Positions 52,036 through 64,000 of a stretch of DNA of 64,000 nt are shown piece after piece. Numbering within the stretch: the first letter of the stretch is position 1; each line of letters starts with the position of its first letter. A program made the translations under genes and the position numbers. The notes under the pieces were generated by a model, which saw only the letters and a list, made by a program, of their open reading frames with translations, was not told the DNA's origin and did no database searches. The DNA is taken from the NCBI GenBank assembly GCA_048013815.1, contig CM106585.1:18104001-18168000 (forward strand), in the 5' to 3' direction. The stretch is from Setoptus koraiensis (Eukaryota; Animalia; Arthropoda).

Positions 52036-52109
52036 GTAATATACACGTGTATATATACGTAATATACACGTGTATATATACGTAATATACACGTGTATAT
52101 ATACGTAAT
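52036..52109 (+). repeat. 23-nt tandem repeat x3 (GTAATATACACGTGTATATATAC), each holding a 16-nt palindrome centred on a CACGTG E-box
   Basis: GTAAT recurs at 52036, 52059, 52082 and 52105. Confidence 0.92.
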
Positions 52110-53422
52110 GCAAGTGTGTGACAAGGCGCGTGTATCATATGCGGCATATTTAACATATTCCGCTAATGATGACATCTCTTGCGCAGTGCGCAGCGCCGCG
52201 TCGCCAGACTAGACGCTGCCGGCACAGAACGAGTTGCGCCGGGCCCCAGGCGAGCATCTCATCACATGCCTCACAGCGCACACACATTCGGCGCTCATCA
52301 GACGACTGGCAACCGCAGCGCGGCCGCCCCAGTGCCTCAGTGGTTGCATGGGGGGGCCAATTTGTTAATTTGCTGCCGGCTCGCTCTGGGGCGCGCTGTC
52401 GATTGACAGCGCGTGAACGGGCCGAGGTGACACACGCAGTCACATGTGCTGCACATTTGAGGTTCGGGGGCGCCGGCCTCAGTTGCCTGAAACATTTGTG
52501 CCGACAACGGCAACTGTAACTACGGCAACAATTGCGACAATTGTCTGTGCCAGTGTGGCCGCATTGCGCAACTGGCGCCGCCGTGGTCAGCCGCCGCCGC
52601 CGCCGACAAGAATGTCGCTGGTGGCAGCGATTAGCGAACATGAATATTACATAAGCTCATCAGCTCATCGGCGCCCAATATCCGTGTGCCGAGCGTGCCG
52701 CATGCGCCCGATGTGCCGCATGAGTCGCATGTGCCCGATGTGCCGCGTGGGCCCAATGTGCCGAGTGGGCCCAATGTGCCGATTTATGAGCCGCTGTGGG
52801 CGATGGGCGCAGGTGAGGATGGCGCGCGCGATCACTTGAGTGATGCGGTTCTCACGCTTGTTTGCGTTTGGCGCTAGTGGGCGCCATGTCGCTGATGAGA
52901 CGCCTGTCGCGGGCCGGCCCCTCGCCATCGACAGCGCGCCGTTAAACGATGACGATAAAACAATAAAACATGAAATGAAACAACGAAACAAAACAACAGC
53001 GATAAAACAAACAATGGCCCCGAGCGCAATCAATCGATGCCACTGGGCCCCAAACACAGCTCGCCATGCATAGATGGCGGCACACTATGTGGCAGGCGGC
53101 CCGGGCAGCGAGACGCGCCAGCGGACATGTGACAAGTTTGCTGGCGCGTCGCGTAGCTGTCAAATCAGACGCGACACTGTTGATCAGAATCAATGGCCCG
53201 GCCCACAACTCGGCCACGGGCCCCGCACAAACACGCCCCGCCCGCCCGAACACGTTCGCGGGCCGGCCGTCAGGTTCCGACAAGACGGCCAGCGGTGTTG
53301 GTGCGGGCGCGGCTCGGCGCGCCGTCCGCGGAGCCCCGCGCAAGTTGTGTGACACAACACATCGTTGTGCCGTATGCGTCACCGTTGTGTGGCTCAACAG
53401 AGACAATTTCGGCAGCGGGCCA

Positions 53423-53484
53423 GCACCGGGACGAGGCGCGTTGAGCCGGGCCGGCACCGGGACGAGGCGCGTTGAGCCGGGCCG
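53423..53484 (+). repeat. 31-nt direct tandem duplication x2 (GCACCGGGACGAGGCGCGTTGAGCCGGGCCG)
   Basis: Units at 53423 and 53454. Confidence 0.88.
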
Positions 53485-55356
53485 ACACAGTTCGGGCTGC
53501 GGGACACGGCCGGCGCTTCTCAAGCGACTCGAGTGGACAGGCAATCTCGTCTCACGCTGTGTTTACCTTTGCCTTGTTGAGGGCCACCTTGTTGACTCTT
53601 GATTGCGCAATTGTCTCGCTGGCCGCTGTTGTTTGGCCCGCTTGGCGCCGCTATAGTCCAGACTGGGCGCTCTAGTGCGCGCCCAGTCAACAAAACACGT
53701 GCCCCTCTCAATAATACCGACAAGTCAGAGCGCAAAGTGAAAATAAAACATAAAACAAAATCCCATAAAATCCATGGCCTGAGCCCAATCGGCCGATAAA
53801 TAACCGCGACCAGCGATTGACGCATGATGGGCGCTTGTTGTGTCGATGTCGAACGAGCGCCGGCCCATAGTTGACACGACTGAAATTGACGTTGAAAAAA
53901 CATAAAAATGACAGGGGGCAAAATTAAAAAAATTAAGACAGTTGCTGCGGGCCGCCGCCAGCCAACAGGAACCTCAAACAGTCGGTTGTCATCGGTTGCG
54001 CAATCATCGCGAGGTATCGCGCGCGCGGCCAAAAATTAATATCGCTGCCGTAATGCGTTTTTTGCCGTTCGCTGGGGCCCTTTGTTTGTCTTGCTTGTCG
54101 GCGCATTCATTATTCATTGTGTGTGTGTGTGTGTGTGTGTGATTAGTGCGGTGCAATATGGGCGCCACAAGTCACGGCCATGGGAACCTGGCCGCCAAAA
54201 GCAAACACAAACACATCACTTGAAGCGCTTCGACGAGTGGTGGCAAGTGGTGATTGAATTTTGGCCCAGTTCCGCTGCAAAAAACACACTCGCACAACAA
54301 TTTTTGTTTGTCGGCCGGCACAATTGACCTCGTTCACCCGGGGCGGACACAAGCGCCCCTTTTTTCATTATTATAACATCAACAACAATGTATAATAGCG
54401 CGCATACGTATGCCACATGCGCGAATCTGTGGCAGCATTCGCAAAACGGAGCCGAGCACCTATAAGTAGAGCGAGCCAACGGATAATCGCATAAACGCAT
54501 AGCCGGCGCCGGTGATGCCGCTTGGCAAATGGCAAATGGCGCCAAAAAGTGATGATGACATGATGTAATGGCGTTAACAAGGCGCCCAAAGAGCGAGCGC
54601 GCCAGAGATAGAGAGAGAGCGAGCGCGCCAGAGATAGAGAGAGCGAGACAGAGGCCCGAACAGAAACGAGAGAAACGAGACGAAACGAAACGGAACATGG
54701 CTGACATTTGTGCACGTGCACTCCAGTTATTTGATAATCAGCACGTGCATGTCAGCTGTGCCAAACTGCGCTCGTTTGTCGAAACTATGCTCGCTGGCTC
54801 GATTCGACACACTGCAGACTAAGTGCGGCCGCCGCTAGTGCGATACTGCCGCTCGTTGCCGGTGTCTATATCAATTGGGTGCGTGCGCCCCCGTGACCAT
54901 CTAAATGAGCTATGCCATCTAATGCAATCAACACCTAGGCTTGTAACGATCGCGTACAATCGTCAATTGGCGCGCACGGACTTGTGCGCTTCCACTCTCC
55001 ACGCGGGCCCACTTTCACGACATCCCGTGTCCGAGCATCGCGTCACATAACCTGCACATGGCGGCCCGTGTGCATCTGGGCCCCCCAGCAAGCGCTTGCG
55101 CGGCACAGCTCGTGCAGTGGGCACAAATCGGGCCGCTGGCCATCGACAGGCACGCACAGTGGTCGTTTATAGGCTGACCAGAGGCGCCAACGACGAGCGA
55201 AACAAAAAACGACGGCCAGCAAAGTAAAAAACGCCCTTTGTCAACCGAATTGACAGTGCAAACAGCGCCACTTCCGGTCACTCACCTGTACGTGTTATGC
55301 GAAAGTAGCGCGCGCGCGCTGTTTGGTTAGTGAGACACGGTGTAAATGAATCTCGC

Positions 55357-55393
<37 letters not shown>

Positions 55394-55999
55394 CACTGCA
55401 ATGTATAATTATATTAGGCATACATATTGCTGTTGCGTCTACACAATTACACACCACGGTCGCGCAGTGTCGTCAGGCGCGTCTACCTGCGAATCTATAG
55501 ATAGAGACGCGTCGTTGCCGTCCATAGATTTGTTTGTTTGTTTATCGCTTTGACTGCTCGTCGATTGTTTGTCCATCCGTCTGTTTGTCTGTCTCGCCCG
55601 TCGACCGCTGACTCGCCAACTGGCCATAATTGGTCTCCAAATCGAGCGTCGGCTCGCTGGGGCCCCAGCGCAGCATGTTGCAGCGTATCTTGTTGTAGCA
55701 ATATCCAGTATGCCTGACGCGCGTATTTGCTGGCCGATTGAAAAGCAAATCTTGCAAATTGTGTGAGCGCGATTGGTCATCATGGCATCATTAGGGAGGC
55801 ATCATGGCGCTGCCAGCGCCGGCAGTCTCGGCAGCGTCCGAGATAGAGCAAACAAAAGCCACTGCAAACAGCAACGAGCCTGCCGTTATTTGGGGCCGAG
55901 GATCACGGGATCATTATTCTCAAATAATGATCTCACGTGCTGCGCTCTGATCTGTTGGCCGGGTTCCATTGGCAGGATTGCGCTGGTTGAATTCTATTC

Positions 56000-56041
56000 G
56001 CCGGATTCTAGTTGCCGGATTCTAGTCGTCGGATTCTAGTG
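56000..56041 (+). repeat. 14-nt tandem repeat x3 (GCCGGATTCTAGTT)
   Basis: Units at 56000, 56014 and 56028. Confidence 0.82.
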
Positions 56042-59000
56042 GCTGGATTGCCCTCGCCGGATCGCAGCGTCAGTGAGGCTAGCAACCACCAAGCAGGCAG
56101 AGAGCTGTTGTTGTTGTTGTTGTTGCTGCTGTTGTTGTCGCATCGGCGCAAGCGGCGGCGGTTGTATCTTTGGCTGTTTGTTCGTCATCATTAGCCACCG
56201 TTGGCAACTACAGTTACACCTGCCCTTGCCGTTGCGACAACGACAACAACAACTCTCTACCTGTCTGGCGTGTGTGTCGTGGCGGGCACACACGACGTCA
56301 TCATATTGCACACAGGTCGTTTGTCGTTTTATGGCAATCATTTTTTTTTTCAGCGTCATTCTTATTTTGTTCACTCGCTACCGTTCGTGATTGGCCGCTG
56401 CTGTAGCGAGTTGTTGTTTATATTGTATTGTGTGCCACAAGTTACCTGTGACATAATGCTTCAAATGCAAGCACAACCTCATGTAGTGTTTGTGCAAACA
56501 ACATGCAAACAACATGCAAACATCACACCAACATCATACCGACATCATACCGGCAACCGTTGTTCACGAGCCAGCGCAACGGTGTAACGCAAATGAGCCA
56601 ATGGCGGTGTCTAGTTGCATTATTGCATTACGTTACAGGTTAGTTGGTGGCGAGTGGCCAATATGCCGCTGTATCATTTCGCGTTCAATCAATACGCAAC
56701 CAGACAGAACATTGTTGTCATGATTACAAACAACTAAACATGTCAATCATGTTACTTAACTTACTTTGCTCCCTCACCGGACATGCTTGCGGGCCGCACC
56801 GGAACCGGGGGGCGCCCCCACTCCCCCACTCAGCCGTGTGTTTTGTCGCAGTACTTTTGTGGCGTGCGCGACACTGGCACTGTAACACTAACAATTGCGC
56901 AAGCAGTGTGTCGCGCTAACAAAATATTACATAATAATATAATAATAATCTCGCCCAAAGACTCTCATTAGCGTTCGATGGTTGGCTGGGCCGACGAACG
57001 CCTGCATCGTGTCAAGACGGTCTGCTCTAAAGTTGCACTCGGCTCACTTTTTATTTTTCTCAAGAATCTATTGAACCAAAACTGGCTCGCAACGTGGCCC
57101 GCTTGTTAGCGGGCTCCTAATCCCGAACACTGTAGCCCGTTGTGTGTCGTGCCCCAATGCGAGAGCTTACACAGGTTACGACAGGCGGCTGAGCAGTTAC
57201 GCAACTCGAGACAGGCTATTTTTGGGCTCTCAAGACAGGCTACTTTGAGCGCGGGCCCGAGCCTTGCCGACATCATTGTGAATTCAATGATTGCGCCGAA
57301 AACAATGTGTCATCGTATATTAATTCATATCGCACAATTCATATCGCACACAATTTACAAAGTGCGTGCGTGATGTTGAACGGCGGCTAAAAAAAAGTGA
57401 CTGAAAAAGTGGCTGAAATATGGCTCACTCCCGCTGCTGATTTGTCGCTCGGTTTGTCTCGCCCATGTGAGATATCCAATATCTCACATGGGCACCGCAT
57501 GCGAGATTCAGCACACACACACACGAGATTGGGCCTACGCACGACTATAGGATTGATTTATTTCCATTTGTATCCACAAGCGGCTGCCATTTATTTTCGA
57601 GCCTATTTTTGGGGCCCGCGCGCCTAGAGTGTTTGCCCGCTGCCACTGTCTTGTTATTACGCAGCAGCAGCAGTAGCAGCGCCAGCGCGCCCCAAACGCA
57701 CCCCAGGGGCTTCCAATCAGGGTACGAGGCAGTAGTGATGTTTTTTGGTTTTTTGTTTTTCGCTCTCGATTGAATTACGGGCATTGAGCGAGTGTCGCTC
57801 TCGATGCCCGCTCATTGTGGAATCAGCCCGATGGCGCGGGCCGGCCACCCAAAAAGATTGTCGACGGGCGTGCCAATTGTGCGGCTGGCGGATTTAAAGC
57901 CGCCGCTTGCCGTTTGCGTGCAAGTGGCACGAGGCTAAGCCCAAATAAATGGCCGCCAAGCTGTTAGCTAGCGGCTCAATTCAATTGAATTTCATACGCC
58001 ATTTGTTGGCGCAAACGCGAACTGCGAAGAAAAACTGCTGCCGCTCAAAAGCTGCTGCTGCTGCTGGCGAGACAGAGGTGAGCGGAATTATAATTGAGCG
58101 CGGCCCGAGACGGCGGCGCCCGCGCCCGCCAGAGACAGATAAGAGGGCGCCAACGAAAATGACAAGTGTTTAATGTTTTGTTAAGTCCTGTCAAATGAAT
58201 CATACCCATTGAGCGGCGAGTCGAGTGGCGCGCACACGCCACCAACTGACACGGGGGCGCCCAACTACTAAATTTCATCGCATATATCGCGTCTGTATCG
58301 CGTATATCGCGAACACGTCGCGTATATAGGATAGGCGGCGGCGGCGGATGGATTTGAGCTGGTCGCGATTGTTCTCGTGGTCGCGAATCGCGAGCGAGCC
58401 GGCGCTCGCCAGCGGCTTACCGAACCATATCGCACACTCAGTTATATAGGGTCGAATGGGACGCAACGATCGCATCGCGCACAACGGCGAGCATTTTTAC
58501 CATTTTTCCAATCGAGGCGCCGTCTGGATGGCCGGCCCCCCTCGGTCGCTTGTTTCGAGGCTCGCATAAGCTCGTGTGAGCGCTACCAGTCACTGGTAGC
58601 GCAATCTCAATGTCCAGTAGAATCTCGTACACGCACACACACACACACGCGCATTTTGGGAGCGGACGAGAGCAGATCAAATTATACTTGAGATCAAGAT
58701 TTTATCATCGTGCGCCGCTTGATAAATGCTCGAGATAAGCAAAGTGGGGCCAGACCCATAATCGATGATGATATAGGGCCAATTGGAACCGGGACCAGCG
58801 ATCGCCACAAATCGGCCTCTCGCCAGCCAGCGAGCGAGCGTAAGCCAGCCGGCCGGCGGGCAGCCAAAATGAGCCACATCACACGATGACAGCCAGCGAA
58901 CGGGCCCCAAAGAGAGCCCGCTAGATAACGATGACCATTCATAACATTACGTGATGTCCGAACTGCGTGTGTGAGGCCAGATCTCTTATTACACACACAC

Positions 59001-59111
59001 GCGAGCCCATTTGGTGCTAACGTAGCGCGTACTAACGGTATTTCATAAACAACACACCATACAACACGTGGTGGCTATTACGTAAGAGGCGACTATCACT
59101 AAGTGCGAGCC

Positions 59112-59148
59112 TATATAAATAGCCAGCCAGCCGGCCAGTCAGCCAGTT
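59112..59148 (+). promoter_or_regulatory. Candidate TATA plus Inr core promoter
   Basis: TATATAAATA at 59112 and Inr-like CCAGTT with its A at 59145, about 31 nt after TATAAA. Spacing is canonical, but there is no transcript evidence. Confidence 0.25.
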
Positions 59149-62100
59149 GGTGTGCGTGCGTCTTATCCGCGCTTTATGGCCCCCCATCCCCTGCCGGCTA
59201 TAATTGTCTCTGGTGCGCTCGTTGAGAGAACACTAACCCAGTTCATAATCGCTAATGGTTGTTGTCTAGTCTTGCCCTCTTTATTTAGTGTGTCTAGCTC
59301 ACCCTGTTTAGTTTGGTTAGCTGCGCGCCATATAACATGTTGTGCGGGCGTGTAGCGGGGGCCAGCCAGCCAGTCAGTTAGTTGAATAACAATCAGATTC
59401 AATCTAAGCTGAATCTTAACTCGTCTTATTCGCTGCGCGCCTCTCTCCCTTTCTCTGCTCTCTGGCTGGCTGGCGCGGCGCCAGCCAAATCCGACAACAC
59501 TTCCCGTCGGCTCATTATATGCGCCGGGCAGCGCGCTCGTCAATCATATAAGCCCCGTTTTTCTTTATCACAACTGAGCCAGCAAAGCCAGACGAACTCC
59601 AACTAGAGCGCCAGCTCGACAGCGTAGTCGGTTGGACCAGCATAGGCCCAAATGGGCCCACAGCCAGTCGGCATCATAATGTTCACGTGATGCAGCAGCA
59701 ACAACAACAACAACAACGACAGCGACAACAATGGCGCACTCGGTGACGCCATTGTGCCAGTGGCAGGTTAGTGGCAGGTTAGGGGCGCAAGTGGCACACC
59801 GGAGCTTACACGTGAAAGTTGCACGATGAAACGCACGCTGGGCGACAACGGGCCCGTGTTCAGCCGGGCAACTGGCCGGCGACTAGAGCCAGCCAGCCAG
59901 CCAGTCGGCAAAGCCAGCACAAGTTACGTGATATTAATGAGATGGATAATCAGCAAGATTGATGTTGGCACGAAGCGCACTAAAAAAGGTGCCAGCGATA
60001 GTTTTAATTCTGTGTCCGCATCACGGCTTTGCCGTCTTGGCATTGTGTCGCCAGGGCCAATGTTGTCAGTGCGTGTGTGTGTTGTGCAATATGGTTGCCA
60101 CGACACTTGCTGCACTGTCCGCACTAAATTAACTATATTGCATAATAAAGCTCGTGGCACAGAGTTAAACAATTGGCGTCAATTGTGAGGCGGCACAGTG
60201 CGGCGACAGCACAAACCAACCACTGCCAAGGTAACTTGACATATAAGGGAACTATCTCACTGGGATCCGCTCCTTAGACTGGCGGCAACAGCAATTTTTT
60301 CTTCTCGCGCTCGCTGTTTAGGCTCTTGTTCGCTGATCAAGTGACTCCCCATCGAGTCTGATTACCGTATGACTGTATGTATTTTTAGTTGCGGATGTTA
60401 TAGCGTTGTCACATTCTCGTTTACGGTTATGTACAGATTGCTTATTTGAATCGCGTCGTCTGTCGCGATGGCGCAAGGTGAGATCTTTGGTTTCGCTCGC
60501 CCGTGAGTCTGTACTAGCGAATCTGTTCTAGTCGCTGCTTCCTGCTCAACATGTATCCAATTTGTCCATGTGCCAACCGGAAATGCCCCATTGGTAACTG
60601 ATTGGTCGGTCCTCTGTTTTTTTTTTGCGAGCCTGATAACGAGAACAAGCCATTCATGTGGGCCCGACAGTTGCATTGGCGTATCGTTGGCGCACGCATT
60701 CTTTGTTTCGCCAGACATACCTAGACATTGGGGTGGAAGTGTCATCCCGATGGTCGTCATCAAAGGCGTCATAGGTCACCTTGAGTGCACCAAACAACGA
60801 CAGCGCCAACGACAACGACGACAACAATAACAACGACAACAACAACACCAACAACAACAACAACAAATGCCACCTATAAATAACAACTCGACTACTATAT
60901 CGGCACCAAGTCATGCTCATCTAATATTGATGATCCCAATCTCGTGGGACGATTACAACAAACCTCTATCCTGCCATATATATATACATGTATATATATG
61001 CCTCATTCATGCATACACATGCATATTGTAGGTGTGAATGAGAAAAAAGAAATTCTTCAACTCGCGGCTCAACATTGTGTATACGTTCATGTCTGAGATA
61101 GATATAGACATGGACAAAAACAAAAAGTAGACGTTTGTTTGTTTGGATTTGACGTTCAGCCGACTTATGGCGAGTATCCATGATGCTCGCCATAAGATAC
61201 AATGCCAGTATATATACATATACTGGCATCGCGTGTACATTTTTGTAGTTGTTGTCTTTGTCTATGTTGTCTATTTTTAAGCAACCAAAAGTCGCTCGAT
61301 CGAGGTCACAAACAGCCAGACAATACGCACGACAACAGAGTATCCGCAATCAGGGATGCCAGAGAAAAAAAGATAAAAGTGTAAACAGGTGGTTCTAATA
61401 AGCTTCGTTGGGAAACTCGCCAGAGACGAAAAGTCTATTTATAATTCATATAGACAGCTACATAGATAATTGTAAACAAACATATAAGCAGACAGGTAAA
61501 TGGAGTGGCAATGCATGTATTTTGCAGCCGAAGCTAGACAGTTGGAAAGAGAAATATAGGCGCAATCAAAGAGCAACTGTCACTGTCTGATTTCTTCTCT
61601 GTCTGTCGCTGTCTTTTACCAACAAGCAAGCAATTCTCTATACAAAGATCAAAACTATACTTGTAAACAAGATATATTTGGTTCAACAATGAGGCTTGTT
61701 GCAATGGCGCCAAATACCGTGCATGCTGGCTCTCATACATTGTCTCATTGGCCCGGTGATATATTGTCACCATTTATCGCGCTAGCATTAGCACTGGCTG
61801 ACGACCAAATTGACAAATGAATCCAATTCAATATTTGTAATGTTAGAGCGTCAATAGCAACAAGCCAAGCGCCGCTACCAGGTGAACTAGTACACTAATT
61901 GCGAACAGGTGATACTTTACTACAGGTGACCAGAGCATGAGTGATGGTGGTGGCCGCGCTACAGTGAATAATGGCACTAGTGACTGTCTAATTGCTTTGA
62001 CAAAATCGACAAAACTTACCGCCACTGCGTGCCGTTCGCCAATAGACCAGATCCAGAGATTGTTATGCGCTGAACTGATACTGCCGGGCAGAGAATGAAA

Positions 62101-63040
62101 TGTAAATATCACAAAATTCGAGTGATTGCATTCCATTCGAGAACGTCGTCGTTAGTTTGTCTCTGACAAACTCTTGTGACAATAAACATATAAACTCATG
62201 TGGGCAAAAATAAATAAAAGTAATGCAACTGACTAAACGACAACGATATATCGTTATTGTATGTGTGCCATACATGAGTATGCCATATATAACGAGAACA
62301 AACGCAATTAATTGCCAATAATAATCAACACTAGCTCTGATGCTGTCCACTAGCGATTGCGACCGTAACGGCTGTCGCAGTTTTAGCGCAAAAGTTGAGG
62401 CCCCAGCTCGCATTGTTGCCCGAAGTGGTCCAATGAGCGCACCTAACGAACGGATGTAGCGTAACAACATGTGATACAATTATGTGTTCAAAATTGGCGC
62501 GGTCGAAAGTGGTCGGCATAGAACTTACTGCGGCAGATGATTGGTGGCAAGATTTGCAAAAGTTCGCCAGCGCGCAAATTGTTCTACTCGTCTAGACAGT
62601 GTTCGTTTCGGTGCTGCATACAAACTCAAGCTCAAACAGTTCGACGGAAACATCCGAGAGGCTCGAGAAAATTCGATTTGTTGGCTGGCCGGCTGGCCGG
62701 TTTGTTGCACGTTTATAGGCTGAATTTAAATGTGCACATTGCACAATAGCAGCGGCAGCAGCAGGGGTAGCGGCAGCGGGGCTGGCACACGCCCCAAAGG
62801 GCACGTTGATTTGCGTTGATTTCTGTGCGAGCTACTTACGTTCACTCAAGCAAAGGGGACAGGTTGGGCGCATGCGCACTGGCAGTGTAGCTCACAATGA
62901 TTTAAGTAATAATATTTGCTAAAGATTCGATTCATGCCACCCCCATTCCCTGAGCCCTTGTGTCTCATACATCTAGTCAATTTGTCGTGCCATTGTCGTC
63001 GTCGTCGCCGTCGTTTCCTCTGGTGTTGCCGTAATCACAA

Positions 63041-63072
<32 letters not shown>

Positions 63073-63312
63073 ACACACGCACGCACACACGCATACACGC
63101 GCTGTCGCAGGCAGTGCCGTTCAGTTGTTTATTATTATCCGTTTATTCATTTATTTTAGCTATTATGGCAACATCAAGTCAATAAATAGATCATTTATAA
63201 TGTATGATAATTGGCAATTATCAACAAATTCCAATTGCACACACACAATTTAACAGTAGTAATTATTGCGAAAACAACAACAACAACAACAACAGCAACG
63301 ATAGTAAACAAG

Positions 63313-63814
63313 ATGCTGAATTCTAGCAACAGATTGCAGGAGTGCGGCCAGCACACAAACAGCAAGCGCTTGTCGTCTAATTTCTCCATAGATTACATTA
63401 TAAACCAGAAGCACAAGCAAGCTGCCACAATCACACCAACAACAACCGCCGCCACCAACAACCACCACCAACAATCCAGATACAACAACGGCAGCAATCA
63501 GTTGGTGGCCAACAATTTATTGCAAACAATTCCAGAGAAAAACAACAACAACAACAACAACAGCAGCAAATTGAGCGCACAAAAGGATGATCCGCTTAAT
63601 TTCACACTGACCCCTCTCATCACTACAACGCCCTCGCCATCAGCAAGCTCGGCCAATTCAGCCTCATCGAGCTCCACAAACCGGCCGCAGCAGCAGCAAC
63701 ATGATCAATCTGGCGCCTATTATCGTCAACAACAGCAACAACAACAACAGCAACAACAGAATTCCTTCTACCAAAACTGGTTGATGAACGCGCTCCAGTT
63801 GGCCAGGCTATTCG

Positions 63815-63851
<37 letters not shown>

Positions 63852-64000
63852 ACAACAGCCCACAAATGCCCTCATGGCAGAGAATTCGGTGGAATATTTG
63901 AAACATTTTCAGCAACATTTGCACATGCAACAACACATGCAACACTTAAGACAGCAGCAGCAACAACTACAGAGTTGTCATAATCAATCGTTAATTATGA
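63313..64000 (+). CDS. 5' part of a poly-Q/poly-N protein with an eh1 motif, probable developmental transcription factor (e.g. homeobox), 3'-partial
   Basis: ATG at 63313 (AACAAGATGC) after in-frame stops at 63205-63210. The frame is open to the window end (about 229 codons): MLNSSNRLQECGQHTNSKRLSSNFSIDYIINQK...QQQQNSFYQNWLMNALQLARLFEQQQQ...EYLKHFQQHLHMQQHMQH. FSIDYII (63382-63402) fits eh1. No DNA-binding domain within the window. Confidence 0.75.

Noticed and set aside
45900-63250. Many overlapping 60-200 aa Ala/Arg/Cys-rich ORFs on both strands
   Set aside because: Expected from high GC content (few stops); they occur in all six frames with no domains, codon bias or splice-consistent chain.

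Overview
Eukaryotic genomic DNA, most likely an arthropod and plausibly a mite (inferred from intron-poor genes, short 95-180 nt introns and abundant (AAC)n/(CA)n tracts). Gene order: a 5'-truncated plasma-membrane Ca2+-ATPase (PMCA, + strand, 4 exons, 2-5259); a convergent PDCD4 (- strand, 2 exons, 6089-7749); about 10 kb of non-coding microsatellite-rich DNA; an orphan secreted Arg/Glu/Val/Tyr-rich protein (- strand, 18100-18600); a LIM-domain EPLIN/Xin-like actin-associated gene (+ strand, exons at 22.3-23.7 kb and 39.7-41.8 kb) whose long intron holds about 9 kb of G/A homopolymer sequence that is probably a sequencing or assembly artefact; a small putative orphan ORF (- strand, 42244-42615); an intronless LMBR1/Lilipod-family gene (43378-44757); about 18 kb of GC-rich non-coding DNA full of short tandem arrays; and, missed by the ORF track because it runs off the window, the 5' end of a poly-Q protein with an eh1 Groucho-binding motif (63313 to >64000), probably a developmental transcription factor. 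I recognised no tRNA, rRNA, CRISPR array or intact transposon. All homology statements come from recalled family motifs, not database searches.
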